The translations under genes were made by a program, and so were the position numbers. DNA of 64,000 bases from Octopus vulgaris (lineage: Eukaryota), in the NCBI GenBank assembly GCA_951406725.2, contig OX597816.1:17236001-17300000 (forward strand). The letters run 5' to 3'. This document shows positions 1 to 11,677 of this stretch, piece after piece. Each line of letters opens with the position of its first letter. Position 1 is the first letter of the stretch. The notes beneath the pieces were generated by a model. That model had not been told where the DNA came from. It worked only from the letters and a program-made list of their open reading frames with translations, and made no database searches.

Positions 1-19
1 TCTTTCAGGTATCCTCGCA

Positions 20-195
20 AGATAGCTCTTCATTGGAAAGAAGAAAGGGAAATGTCCAGAGAAGCGCTTTTCCCTTACTCCTTGCTGACAAAGAGCTATG
101 CTTGAAATGTCAAACTCTCTCTTTTCACTGAGCGCCAGGCCAATACATTTCTTGTGCATGACCTTACATTCATTGTCTATTTGAATTGACTATTT
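20..195 (+). mobile_element. Family D variant: PLE-type terminal repeat fragment with decayed hammerhead
   Basis: ttg-CTGACAA-a-gagc-tat-gctt-GAAA-tgtc at ~82-113, followed by the ctgagcg...aatac tail seen in other D copies. An inverted half-motif (agctcttcattggaaa) lies just upstream. Confidence 0.55.
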
Positions 196-322
196 ACTGC
201 ATGCTCAAATGGACCGTCCTCATCCTTCTGACTCTTCTGGAGTCCCTGATTCATGGATTTTTCTCTACTATTCGATTATATCACCATTTTATTCCTTCGG
301 AGTATATCATTTCTGCACCATA

Positions 323-474
323 GGCTGTGTGGTAAGTAGCTTGCTAACAAACCACGTAGTTCCAGGTTCACTCCTACTGCATGGCACCTTGGACGAGTGT
401 CTTCTACTATAGCCTCAGGCCGACCAAAGCCTTGTGAGTGGATTTGGTAGATGGAAACTGAAAGAAGCCCCTCG

Positions 475-506
<32 letters not shown>

Positions 507-723
507 AGTGTGTGAGTGTGTGTGTGACGTTGTGTGTCCATCTTTTTACTCCCGATTTTGGTAAGTTTACGTCACCATAACTTAGCGGTTCAGCAAAAGA
601 GATCTATAGAATAAGTACTAGGCTTACAAAGAATAAGTCCTGGGGTCGATTTGTTTGACTAAAGGCAGTGCTCCAGCATGGCTGCAGTCAAATGACTGAA
701 ACAAGTATATAAGAATAAAAGAA
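323..723 (+). mobile_element. tRNA-derived SINE, family A (central TA/TG microsatellite)
   Basis: Head ggctgtgtggtaag...ggttca, CORE-like ccttgg..aagtgtc block, internal (TA)n(TG)n, and 3' cagtc-aaat-gactg hairpin with an aagaataaaag tail. More than 25 related pieces occur in the window. Confidence 0.85.
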
Positions 724-747
724 TATATATATATATATATATATATA

Positions 748-983
748 CAGGGTGGCCCAAATGTAGGCTTACAGTTATCATGTAGGCACTTTAAATTTCC
801 TTTAATACATTTTATTACATTTAAATTTCTATCTTACAAACTGAAAAGGGAGCTTGACAAAATTAACTAAATTAGCATAGAATAATGGTTTTATATTTTT
901 TTCATAATTAAGATCTAAACTGTTGATATATGAATGTGAAAGAGATAGCTGAATAACTGCAAACCTACTTTTGGGCCACTCTG
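748..983. mobile_element. Tc1/mariner-type MITE
   Basis: TIRs cagggtggcccaaatgtaggcttacagttat / ataactgcaaacctacttttgggccactctg, flanked by TA on both sides. A second copy lies at 8463-8678. Confidence 0.85.
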
Positions 984-1135
984 TATATGTATAAAGAACA
1001 TGAGGGGTTTAGTTCACTGATAATCTAAAACAATAGGTTTTGTGCGATAATTGGTCATCCAATTAGGTTACAAGTTCACAGCTGAGGCTGGAGCTAGGGA
1101 TCCATAGTAGGCTTCTGAGCCAGCAGGTATATTAT

Positions 1136-1341
1136 TAAGGAAAAGGAAAACAAAATCAAAGCAGAAAGAGTATCTCAGGTCATTTAGAATATTCAATTAG
1201 AGTAAGGTGAATAAAAAATGAAGTAGAAGTAATTAATCAATTACTTATACTTCACCATTTTTGATTCACCCTACTCTAATTAAATATTTGAAATGACCTG
1301 AGATACTTCTCCTGCCTTCATTTTATTTTTCTTTCCCTTTA
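1136..1341. repeat. Imperfect ~200 bp foldback palindrome
   Basis: gagtatctcaggtcattt...aattagagta.ggtgaat is mirrored by attcaccctactctaatt...aaatgacctgagatact. Confidence 0.8.
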
Positions 1342-1454
1342 AATATATATATATATATATATTTATATAAATAAGGGTAAGATCCTTAATTTAATTATCA
1401 ATCTTATCAAGTGGCCAGCATGGGAATAAAAACCTTCAAATGTAATAATTATTA

Positions 1455-1625
1455 TTAAAATTATAATTTAGGGTAACTAAGAGATATTTCCACGCTGGAA
1501 ATAGCAGCCAAAACTTGACTCTAGAACCACATTAAATGTTCCCATTAATGTGCATTTAGAGTCAAGTTTTGGCTGCTATTTCCAGTGTGGAGGTATCTCT
1601 TAGATACCCTAAATTATAATTTTAA
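1455..1625. repeat. Foldback palindrome containing the gaaatagcagYcaaa motif
   Basis: The arm aaattataatttagggta...ctggaaatagcagccaaaacttgactcta and its near-perfect reverse complement surround a short spacer. Confidence 0.85.
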
Positions 1626-1656
1626 TTATATAAATATATATATACATACATACATA

Positions 1657-1740
<84 letters not shown>

Positions 1741-2048
1741 CATACATGCATGTATATATACATTTATATATATATATATATTGAAACAAGAGATTGGAAA
1801 TTTTTTGGTATTATTTATTCACCAATGGTGAATAAATAATATCAAAAGTTTTTCCAGTTTCCTGGTTTTTATATCATTACTCTGCAGAAAGTATTTTCCG
1901 TTTTTTTTTTTAACATTTATGCATACCTCACACAAATATAACATCTACAAACAGGTTTGGAATATAACTACATGGTTCCGGGTTCAGTCCCACTGCATGG
2001 CACCTTGGGTGAGTGACTCCTACTACATATATATATATATATATATAT

Positions 2049-2251
2049 GCAATGATTGTATATACAATCATTTCACCATGCTAACATCTAGAAGTGTTTT
2101 TTCACTCTCTCTGTTTATTTTCTCTTATTCCTTTTTGCTGAAGAGCATAGGCTCGAAACGTAAGAGACCTTTTCATTTTTCCTGAATGTCAAACTAATAT
2201 ACTTGCTTGTTTTTCATACATCTGTCTTTGTCTTTTTCTATAAATTTCAAC
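2049..2251 (+). mobile_element. Family D2: PLE-type repeat with minimal hammerhead
   Basis: ttgctga-a-gagc-atag-gctc-GAAA-cgta at ~2135-2162. Homologous copies lie at 42020-42185 and 42245-42450. Flanked by dinucleotide repeats. Confidence 0.65.
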
Positions 2252-2287
2252 TCTCTCTATCTCTCTCTGTATATATATATAGAGAGA

Positions 2288-2495
2288 ATTAATCCAAATA
2301 TGAAAGCACAAAAAACACAACAACACGAGGACGTGGAACAAATATAGTATTATTGGACGCTCAGGAAAGAAGGAAAGAAAGAGGATTTAACGTTTTGAGT
2401 GGAGCTCTTCATCGGAAACATAGGAGAAGGAAAGATCCAGAGAAGGGAAGACAGAGGAAAAAAAAAATCACCAACGGTACACATGTGGTCACATT

Positions 2496-2499
<4 letters not shown>
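2288..2499 (-). mobile_element. Family D1: PLE-type repeat with minimal hammerhead
   Basis: The minus strand reads ttt-CCGATGA-a-gagc-tcc-actc-aaaa-cgtt-aaa. Homologous to 12775-12920 and 30001-30210. Confidence 0.65.
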
Positions 2500-2540
<41 letters not shown>

Positions 2541-2947
2541 TATATGTATAATTATATATATTATATCTATATATATATATAACATAAGGGGTATTAGCCA
2601 TCTGAATGTGGCTAGCCACTGGGGGGGGGTGTTACTGATGCTTTTAGCCCCAGGCGATCAACGTCACCAGAAGGACTTTAGTCACTATCTCAGTGCCCTT
2701 GTGTTATTTGCAAAGGGAGGTCATCCTCCCTCGAAGACCTGAGTACTACATACGGACTATAGTTTCAAGGTAATTGCCTCTCGTGAACGCATGGTAAGCA
2801 CCGGTCTTCGATGAAGGAGTCCCCTTGCAAATGATATATAATGTTTTTCACAGTAACCACTGTCACTGATGTAGAAAAACTGTCTGAAAACAATAATAAA
2901 TCTCTGAACGAGATATATATATATATATAATGGGCTTCTTTCAGTTT

Positions 2948-3180
2948 CTTATTTCTTTATTGCTCACAAGGGGCTAAACATAGAGGGGACAAACAAGGAC
3001 AGACAAAGGGATTAAGTCGATTACATTGACTCTAGTGCATAACTGGTACTTAATTTATCGATCCCGAAAGGATGAAAGGCACAGTCGACTTGGCAGAATT
3101 TGAACTCAGAACGTAACAGCAGATGAAATACTGGTAAGCGTTTCGCCCGGCGTGCTAACGTTTCTGCTAGCTCACCGCCT
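2948..3180 (-). mobile_element. tRNA-derived SINE, family B, inserted into a family A copy
   Basis: Head ggcggtgagctagcagaaacgttagc, B-box gagttcaaattc, core gcctttcatcctttcggg.tcgataaa. The duplication cttctttYagtttct flanks it. Confidence 0.85.
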
Positions 3181-3458
3181 TCTTTTAGTTTCTGTCGACC
3201 AAATCCACCCACAAGGCTTTGTTATTGTAGAAGGTCTTACCCAAAGTGCCATTCAGAAGTAGTGAACCCAAAACCAGCCAGTTGGAAACTAGCTTCTGAA
3301 CCATAACAGCCACAGCTACACCTATAATATAAATAATAATAATAAAAAGAAGGTGGGATTGCTCATTAAGTTAATGGATGTCATTTGAATATTAACACCT
3401 GAGTTAGTTACATAATTATGATGATTTTTCACTTTAAATATAATATCCTTTTCACTGA
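3084..3458 (+). repeat. Local duplication, copy 1 (copy 2 at ~5567-5930)
   Basis: The same SINE B / SINE A / unique-sequence junctions occur twice, including aaggtgggattgctcattaa...aacacctgagttagttacataattatgatga. Confidence 0.85.
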
Positions 3459-4139
3459 CTTTAACAACATGTCTCCTAATAGGAGCAAAAATATTTTGAT
3501 TATTCAATTTTATTTGTTAAGAAGAATATAACTTATTGAATACGTTTTAGCCTTATGATGTTTCATAAAAGAATATTAAGACAATACTGTGTGTCTTTTA
3601 TAATTTTATTCTCATATTGATATGTCACAAAAGCCATTAAATGATGATAACTGATAACACATCAGTGGAATTTTCTGACTTTCCATTGATAAATAAATCT
3701 TTCTGCTTTTCTATTAATATATAATTGCTAGCATGATGCTTTCATTGATACAACACATAAAAAGGCTTCGTTAATTATCTTTGCTTGTAAGTAAAATCAT
3801 TTAAGACAGATATTTGATTATATTATTTAACAATCATATCATCATGCTTGGATTTATGATTGATTCTCTTTTCCTTTCTTTCTTTATTTATTTTCCTTTT
3901 TTTGTTGTTGTTGTTGTTGTTGTCTTTCGCTTGTTGTCTTTTTTTCTTTTATCACAGCAAAGCAAAACAAAGGATTCTTAATTTAATAATGGCCAATTGA
4001 GAAATTATCTTTTCAGTTTGTAATTTATTACCAGTGTGCTTTTCAAAATATTATTACAGCACAGTCAGAGTAGTTGATGGGGAAGCTGATGACAGCGACA
4101 AGGATAATGATGACAGTGACAAGCAATGGAGATGATGAA

Positions 4140-4775
4140 TCTGTTGATGATGATGGTGGTGGTGGTGGTAGTAGTGGTGGTAGTAGTGGTGGTAGTGGTA
4201 GTGGTGGTAGTGGTGGTGGTGGTAGTAGTGGTGGCAATGGTAGTGGTTGTAGTGGTGCAGGTGGTGGTGGTGGTGCCGGTGGTGGTGGTGGTTGTGGTGG
4301 TGGCAATGGTAGTGGTTGTAGTGGTGCAGGTGGTGGTGGTGGTGCCGGTGGTAGTGGTGGTTGTGGTGGTGGCAGTGGTAGTGGTAGTTGTGGTGCAGGT
4401 GGTGGTGGTTGTGGTTGTGGTGATGGTTTTCATTGTCATGGAAGTGGTGGTGGTGGTGGTGGCAGTGGTAGTGGTAGTTGTTTTGCAGGTGGTGGTGGTT
4501 GTGGTTGTGGTGATGGTTGTCATTGTCATGGAAGTGATGGTGGTGGTGGTGCTGATGGTAACAATGACGATGAGAAGGAAGAAGAGGGGAAGGGAAAGAG
4601 GAGGAGGGTGGTGGTGGTTGTGGTGATGATGATGAGGAGCAGGAGGGAAAAGAAGAAGAGGAGAAAAAGGGAAGAAGGAGGAGGTGATGTGATGGTGATG
4701 ACGGTAATATGATGGTGGTGGTAGTGGTTGTCATCATCGTCGTCGTCGTCGTGATGGTGACAATAATGATGATGT
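4140..4775. repeat. Degenerate (GGT)n/(GAT)n tract with 69 bp and 90 bp higher-order units
   Basis: ggcaRtggtagtgg recurs at 4233, 4302, 4371 and 4461. Confidence 0.85.
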
Positions 4776-5234
4776 AAAGAAAGATATAAAATTTCCAACA
4801 ATTTTTCTCATATCAAAACAATGTTATTTAAAAAAAAAACAAAAAACAATTAACAAAATGTTCCCCTTTATGAAATTTCAATAATTGAAAATCCATGTGA
4901 CAAAACAAAAAGCGATAATATACCAGGAAATGTGCAAGATTAGATCCCTTGTTCTATTTAGCTTTAAGTTATCATGACCTGGTCCTTAGGTAATTAAGCA
5001 GGTGTTACCAAATGTTATGGTTGCTGCCCTTTCCCTATCTTATTAAGCTATAGAAAGGCTGTAAATTCCTACTCCTACCTCACTTTCTTTCTTCCCCCTC
5101 TTCTCTTCTTCTTTTCTAACAACTCCACCCAACTCTCACTCCTAAATATTTGACCTCTTCGTTTCCTTTCCTTCTTATTTTTGACCATTTCATTTCTTCT
5201 AACATTTACCTTTTCATTCTGTATAAACATGTTG

Positions 5235-5466
5235 AGGCTGTGAGCTGGCAGAGTCGTTAGCACGCTGGGTGAAATGCGTAGCTGTATTTCGTCTGCCGTT
5301 ACGTTCTGAGTTCAAATTCCGCCAAGGTCGACTTTGCCTTTCATCCTTTCGGGGTCGATAAATCAAGTACCAGTTACTCACTGGGGTCGATGTAATCGAC
5401 TTAATACCTATGTCTGTCCTTGTTTGTCCCCTCTGTGTTTAGCTCCTTGTGGGTAGTAAAGAAATA
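5235..5466 (+). mobile_element. SINE family B, full length
   Basis: Complete from head to tail; flanking duplication tataaacatgt. Confidence 0.85.
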
Positions 5467-5566
5467 TATATAAACATGTATGCATGGGTACACCTAAGTA
5501 TTTGTTTACTGTCAACATAGGAAAGTGGCACCAGCTTAATATTCATAATGACCTTTGACCCTAAAG

Positions 5567-5930
5567 TTGACTTGGCAGAATTTGAACTCAGAACGTAACG
5601 GCAGATGAAATACTGGTAAGCGTTGGGCCTGGCTTGCTAACGTTTCTGCCAGCTCACCGCATTCTTTCAGTTTTTGTCTACCAAATCCACCCACAAGGCT
5701 TTGTTATTGTAGAAGGTGTTACCCAAGGTGCCATTCAGTAACAGTGAACCCCAAACCAGCCAGTTGGAAACTAGCTTCTAAACCACAACAACCACAGCTA
5801 CACCTGTAATATAAATAATAAGTAAAAAAAGGTGGGATTGCTCATTAAATTAATGGATGTCATTTGAATATTAACACCTGAGTTAGTTACATAATTATGA
5901 TGATTTTCACCTTAAATATATCCTTTTTAC
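5567..5930 (+). repeat. Local duplication, copy 2 of 3084-3458
   Basis: Colinear with copy 1, with scattered substitutions. Confidence 0.85.
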
Positions 5931-6182
5931 TACTCACTCGTTCCCTTCTCCTTTTCTTTATTCTTAACAAATTTACACAATTCCCCACTCCCAGATATTT
6001 GACCTCTTCTTTCACTTTTATTACTTATTGAAAATTTTATTTCTTCCTGCATTTGTTTTTTTTATTTTGATTTTAGTCTGTTCTTCCAGCTTCTTCCTTC
6101 ATTTTAAATTCCATCTTCAGTGAGTTAAACCTGGGATTCCCAAGCAATAAGGTAACCTTCTTTGCATAATTAAGGTATCTAT

Positions 6183-6266
6183 GGCCTGATGAGGAGCTAG
6201 CTGCGTACCCCTTGTTGAGTAATTACTTCATCAAAAGATCTGCTAGCTAGGAAATGCATGTAACCT
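6183..6266 (+). ncRNA. Candidate hammerhead ribozyme with long stem II
   Basis: CTGATGA at 6186-6192, agctagc...gctagct stem, GAAA at 6251-6254, then tgcatgta. The stem II closing pair and stem I are imperfect. Confidence 0.5.
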
Positions 6267-6288
6267 GGATTTTACCTGTCTCACACCT

Positions 6289-6331
<43 letters not shown>

Positions 6332-6704
6332 CCATGCCAGTGGTACGTAAAAAGCACCATTTGAGCGTAATCGTTACCAGCGTCACCTTACTGGCACATG
6401 AAAAAACATTCAAGCAAGGTCGTTGTCAGTTCCACTAGACTGGCCCTTATACAGGCTGCACGTAAAAAACACCATTTGAGCATGGCCATTGCCAGTACTG
6501 CCTGGCCTTCATGCTGGTGGCACATAAAAGCACCCACTACACTCTCGGAGTGGCTGACATTAGGAAGGGCATCCAGCTGTAGAAACTCTGCCAGATCAGA
6601 TTGGAGTCTGGTGCAAACCATCTGGTTCGCCAGTCCTCAGTCAAATCATCCAACCCATGCCAGCATGGAAAGCGGACATTAACGATGATGATGATGATGA
6701 TGAT

Positions 6705-6706
<2 letters not shown>
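6332..6706 (+). mobile_element. Family C: RTE-type LINE 3' UTR copy with (GAT)n tail
   Basis: Repeated gtggcacgtaaaaagcacc-like units, taggaagggcatccagctgtagaaac, and a (GAT)n tail. It is linked to RTE coding sequence at 49032-49500. Confidence 0.8.
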
Positions 6707-6760
<54 letters not shown>

Positions 6761-6985
6761 CATAAAGCACATAAAAAGTACCATCCGAGCATTGTGTGCT
6801 TTGTATGTATACAACTTCATTCAACCAAATCCACTCGCAAGAATTTGGTAGCTTTCATTTGCCTAAGATGGCAAACAATATAGCTGCAAAGCAAATTTTT
6901 TGACAGTAGAACTATACCATATAAAAGTTGCATTGATGTACAATAAGCTACAGGATTAAAATAATGACCTGCTGATCCCCTAATC

Positions 6986-7529
6986 CAGAGGTTATCAAAT
7001 TTTTTGGGCCACCCCGTTCCTCATGGACATATAATACCCCCAGTGCCCTCACCCCTATTTTTATTTATAAATATATATTTTATATTTTACTAATTTATAT
7101 GTACTATGAATCATTTGATACTTATATAATTTGTAAGGTGGTGAGCTGGTAGAAACGTTAGCATGCCGGGCGAAATGATTTGCGGTACTTCGTCTGTCTA
7201 TACATTCTGAGTTCAAATTCCGCTGAGGTTGACTTTGCGTTTCATCCTTTCAGGGTCAATAAATTAAGTACCAGTTGTGTACTGGGCTCGATCTAATCGA
7301 CTGGCCCCCTCCCTAAAAATTTCGAGCCTTGTGCCTAGAGTAGAAAAAAAATAAATAATTGTATACAATACTATGATAATATTATCATAAATTCAAAGCA
7401 TTCCCCAATCCATTGCCTTCCTCCCAACACCTCCTTTTTTCTCTACCACCCACTTATGCATCAGTGCCCACCTGGGCCATCTTAATGCCCACCAGTTGGG
7501 GCTGGTAGCACCCACTTTGAGAACCTATG
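6986..7529. mobile_element. hAT-like MITE with a nested SINE B
   Basis: TIRs cagaggttatcaaa / tttgagaacctatg; 8 bp TSD ccctaatc / ctctaatc. Confidence 0.7.
7137..7346 (+). mobile_element. SINE family B (subfamily with ccttgtgcctagagtagaaaa tail)
   Basis: Same head and core as family B with an alternative tail; a sibling copy lies at 10798-11010. Confidence 0.8.
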
Positions 7530-8011
7530 CTCTAATCAGTAGTTCAGACTTCACAATCATACGGCAGAGTAATGTCAAATTGGACAAGACACATTTTATG
7601 TTTTGGTGTTTCTCTCTTGACAATAGATTCCAATCGTATTTTATTATTGAGATATCTTTAATGGTACAAATGACATCTTGCCAGCTAAAAAAAAAAAATC
7701 AATGGTTTGTACATGACTATATATGTAGTGCAATGTCATATAAGTGACCTCCTGCTAAAATTCATTCACCTACTTTCAGTAAAGCAAAAAAGAAAAAAAA
7801 AACAAATATATATATACATATATAAACAAACAGATATAAATATCAGTCATCATCGTAGTCATAGTTATCATTACCATCATCATCATCATCAACATCATCA
7901 CCTGTTTTTTTAAATCTTGGTCAAAAGGAATTTGAGACAAATTTTTCTGTGGTTGACTGTCCCTTCATGTTGCCAACCCTCACCTGTTTCCAAAGAAGGC
8001 ACTATTTCTCA

Positions 8012-8314
8012 TGTTTGTTCCTTCTCGAGCCATGCCTGGCTCATAAGGGCCAGTTTTCTGATTTCCTTGGTGAATAGGTTCCCCACCTGGATGGGACGCT
8101 GGTCCGTCACAGGTGAGCTGCAAGGTGCAGGAGGAAAGAGTGAGAGAAAGTTGTGGAGAAAGAGTCAGCAGATATTCGCCATTACCTTCTGCCGGAGCCA
8201 TGTGGAGCTTAGGTGTTTCACTCATAAACACACACATCACCTGGTCTGAGATTCGAACCCGTGATCCCTCGACCACGAGTCCACTGCTCTAACCACTAGG
8301 CCATGTGCCTCCAC
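8012..8314 (-). mobile_element. tRNA-derived SINE with family F-like head and V-domain-like 3' part
   Basis: The minus strand has A-box tggcctagtggttag and B-box ggttcgaatc, then ctgtgacggaccagcgtcccatccagg. Confidence 0.75.
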
Positions 8315-8462
8315 TATTTCCCATGGCCAGGCAAAGTTTCCACAAAATACTTAGAAATGAACAAAATCACTTGTATGATGGTGATACTAGTTTACAACCA
8401 CCATGTGACATCAAAAAAAAGCATACAAGAGAAACACACACACACACATACACATGCATATA

Positions 8463-8678
8463 CAGGGTGGCCCAAAAGTCACTTTACAGTTATTCAACTA
8501 TCCCTTTCACATTCATATATTAACATATTAGACCTCAATTACAAAATAAAAAATATGAAACCATTATTCAATGCTAATTTAGTTAATTGTAAGATAGAAA
8601 TTTAAATGTAATAAACTGTTTTAAAAGAAATTCATAGTGCTTACATGATAACTGAAAACCTACTTTTGGGCCACCCTA
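8463..8678. mobile_element. Tc1/mariner-type MITE (inverted relative to 748-983)
   Basis: ta-cagggtggcccaaaagt ... acttttgggccaccct(a)-ta; the internal sequence is homologous to 748-983. Confidence 0.8.
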
Positions 8679-10311
8679 TATGTATACGAGGGGATTCTTC
8701 CAGTTTTCATCTATCAAAATGAGGTCCTATTCTCTCCTTTATTTCTCTTTTATATCTTTATTTCTTTACTTCTGGCTCCTTATTCCTTTCAGTCAACTTG
8801 ATCAGCAAGTTTCTACGATTTAGCACGGCAGGGATGACTCCCTCAAAGCACTGGGTGTTAAAACACCCGAAAGTCTTAGACAGCTGAGATAAATCATCCC
8901 AAATACCATTTAGGACTGATAGACATCGATGTTTCAGCATTTTTGTGGCTTATTAACATTAGGTTCCAGAATTGAATAGGATACGAACTGAATCACCATT
9001 CCATGGCTATAGGCAAATAGTGTAAAAAACCATTTGCCAGAATGTCATGATGATGCATATGTAAGAGTAAATTCAAATATGAATTAGAAACAGCACAAGT
9101 ATTGTAAACATTATTGAGCACACATACATAATGTATGAGCTTAGCTTGTTTGCTGGTAGGCTGTGACTTAGCACAGCAGGGATGACCCCCTCAATGCACT
9201 GAGTGTTAAAACATCTGAAAGTCATAGACTGGTGAGATACCTCAACTCAAATCCCATTCAAGAGTGATGGACATAGTAGAAGGATTGAACCTGAGATCAC
9301 ATGGTTTAGAAACAAACTTTACATTTATATATTTTTTATTTTTTATTTCCTCTAGTTTCAGCTCACGAGCTGTGGCCATGCTGGGGCACCACCATTTATG
9401 CTGAGGCACCACCATTTATGCTGGGGCACCACCATTTAGAGTGGTTCTGTGGTAAGTAGCTTGCTTACCAACCACTGAGTTCCGGATTGTAGTTGTTGCT
9501 ATTATTATTGTTATTATTATTATTCAGGTCACTGTCTAAAATTGAACTCAGAATCTTGGGGTTAACCAGACAGTTAGACCTGAGCCTACATCAACCATCG
9601 TATACAATTTCTTTTTTATACGTTTATGGTATCATATCCTCTTTTGGCTTCTTCTCTTTAAGTAAATAATCATGGCTCCTTATTCCTTTCTCTCAACTTG
9701 AACAGCAGTTTTCTACATAACCAGAGTTGGAACACAAATTCTTGTACAGATCCAGAATGTCTCATTTCTCAGTTCAAAGATTATAAATTGTCACATTTAT
9801 GATTTCTGTTCTCTTTAATATCAACATTCAAACTTATCACTTTGTGAACCAAAATTTGCCGTCATTTGAACCTTTGGTAAAGAGTAATTACTTTTACATA
9901 CGTCTATGTATAATTAATGCATATGATAACATTAAGAGGACTGATTAGTTTATACTATCACACTTGAGATATTGAGATAGAGAACTAAAAATAATTTTCT
10001 GTTAATTGCACCTGGAACCTTAATGAGAAGGAAAGTAATTAGTGTTAATGAAAAGTATTCTTAAAAGTATCAAAGGAGAGAATCCTGAAATTCCAATCAG
10101 CCGAAATTTAAAGAGAGATAAGTTGAAGGAGCAGGAGAATTGGTTGTACAGTGTTTGGTAACCATGGTGGCAACTCTAGTTATGTTTCAGTCTTATTGGA
10201 CTTCCTCAGCAAAATGTCCACCGAATGACTGCAATGACATCACAATGCCTGCGTCCATGCCTGCACTTTTCCTTTTGTAATAATAAAAGTACATATGAAG
10301 AAAATATTATT

Positions 10312-10460
10312 GTAGGAGTGGCTGCATGGTAAGTAGCTTGTTCAGTCCCACTGCATGGCACCTTGGGCAAGTGTCTTCTCCAATAGCCTCGGGCTGTCCA
10401 AAGCCTTGTAAATGGATTTGGTAGATGGAAACTGAAAGAAGCCCGTCGTATATATGTATA

Positions 10461-10525
<65 letters not shown>

Positions 10526-10540
10526 TTGTGTGTCTGTGTC
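10312..10540 (+). mobile_element. SINE family A, 5' part
   Basis: Head, core and internal (TG)n. Confidence 0.75.
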
Positions 10541-10797
10541 TAAACCAAACTTTACATTTTATATATATAGAATATTTGAATATATATACATGTAAAGTTT
10601 GTTTCTAAACCATGTGATCTCGGGTTCAATCCCACTGTGTGGTATCATAAGCAGGTACCTTCTACTATGTCCATCACACTTGAATGGGATTTGAGGTGAG
10701 GTATCTCACCAGTCTATGACTTTGAATAGTGGAAGAATACAAAAATAAGCATTATTTTCCATCTTATTGTTAGTTTTGTTTTATTATGAAAAACAGA

Positions 10798-11010
10798 AGG
10801 TGGAAAGCTGGCAGAAACGTTAGCATATCAGGAGAAATGCTTAGTGGTATATTGTCTGTCTTTATGTTCTGAGTTCAAATTCTGCCGAGGTTAACTTTGC
10901 ATTTCATCCTTTTGGGGTCGATTAAATAAGTACCAGTTATGTACTGGGGTCAATCTAATCGACTGGCACCCCCCAGAAAAATTTTGGGCCTTGTGTCTAG
11001 AGTAGAAAAA
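10798..11010 (+). mobile_element. SINE family B
   Basis: agctggcagaaacgttagc...catccttttggggtcgat...ccttgtgtctagagtagaaaa. Confidence 0.8.
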
Positions 11011-11099
11011 GATTATGATAAACAAAACTTTATTTTTAGGTTTATCATTGTTTATGTTTTGAATTATATACATATGGGGGCATCAAAGTCTTTTAAATG

Positions 11100-11440
11100 C
11101 TAAGGGCCTCTATGGGTCTTGATTTTGGCCCTGTCCACGACCACCCCCGAAGATTGGTCATGTGATTTATTTGCATAAAGTCAGTCCTCCATGCACTCCA
11201 GCAGTTACATATCTCCCCTACAGTGCCCTCTGACCCTCTGATTTGGTTGTTCTTATACCATTTCCTTCTCCCAGGTACTCCCAAATCATTTATCCCTCTA
11301 CCCACCCTGATCCCCCTCACCGTACTCTGCTAAACCCTGTACTACCCACCATGTCCATTCCTTATTTCTCCAGAATGTTAGCTCTCTGGAATTCTTTCTC
11401 CCATATGACATGTTTTCCTGCTGTCATGGACTTACAAGGG
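11100..11440 (+). mobile_element. Highly decayed CR1/Jockey-group LINE 3' coding fragment
   Basis: The translation YFSRMLALWNSF..TCFPAVMDLQ resembles the FFxRxxxLWNxLP...FP C-terminal motif. Confidence 0.4.
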
Positions 11441-11574
11441 GGTGAGATGCTCTTTGGCACAGGCATTTTGGCCCCGCCTGTTTGGCATCACAGATTCAAT
11501 GCCGACATTTGACATCAGACATTTTAACGATCCTCTCAGGTTTCTCCTTCTCCCCTCCCTCCCTCTGACTGTCA

Positions 11575-11639
11575 GTGTGACTGTTTGTCTGTATGTCTGT
11601 CTGTCTGTCCGTTTGTCTGTCTGTCTGTCTGTGTCTGTT

Positions 11640-11677
<38 letters not shown>

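Noticed and set aside
4043-4801. Long ORFs in several frames (poly-Gly, Val, His, Thr, Pro)
   Set aside because: They are open only because trinucleotide repeats lack stops on both strands. There is no domain or splice support, and Gly codons are almost all GGT.
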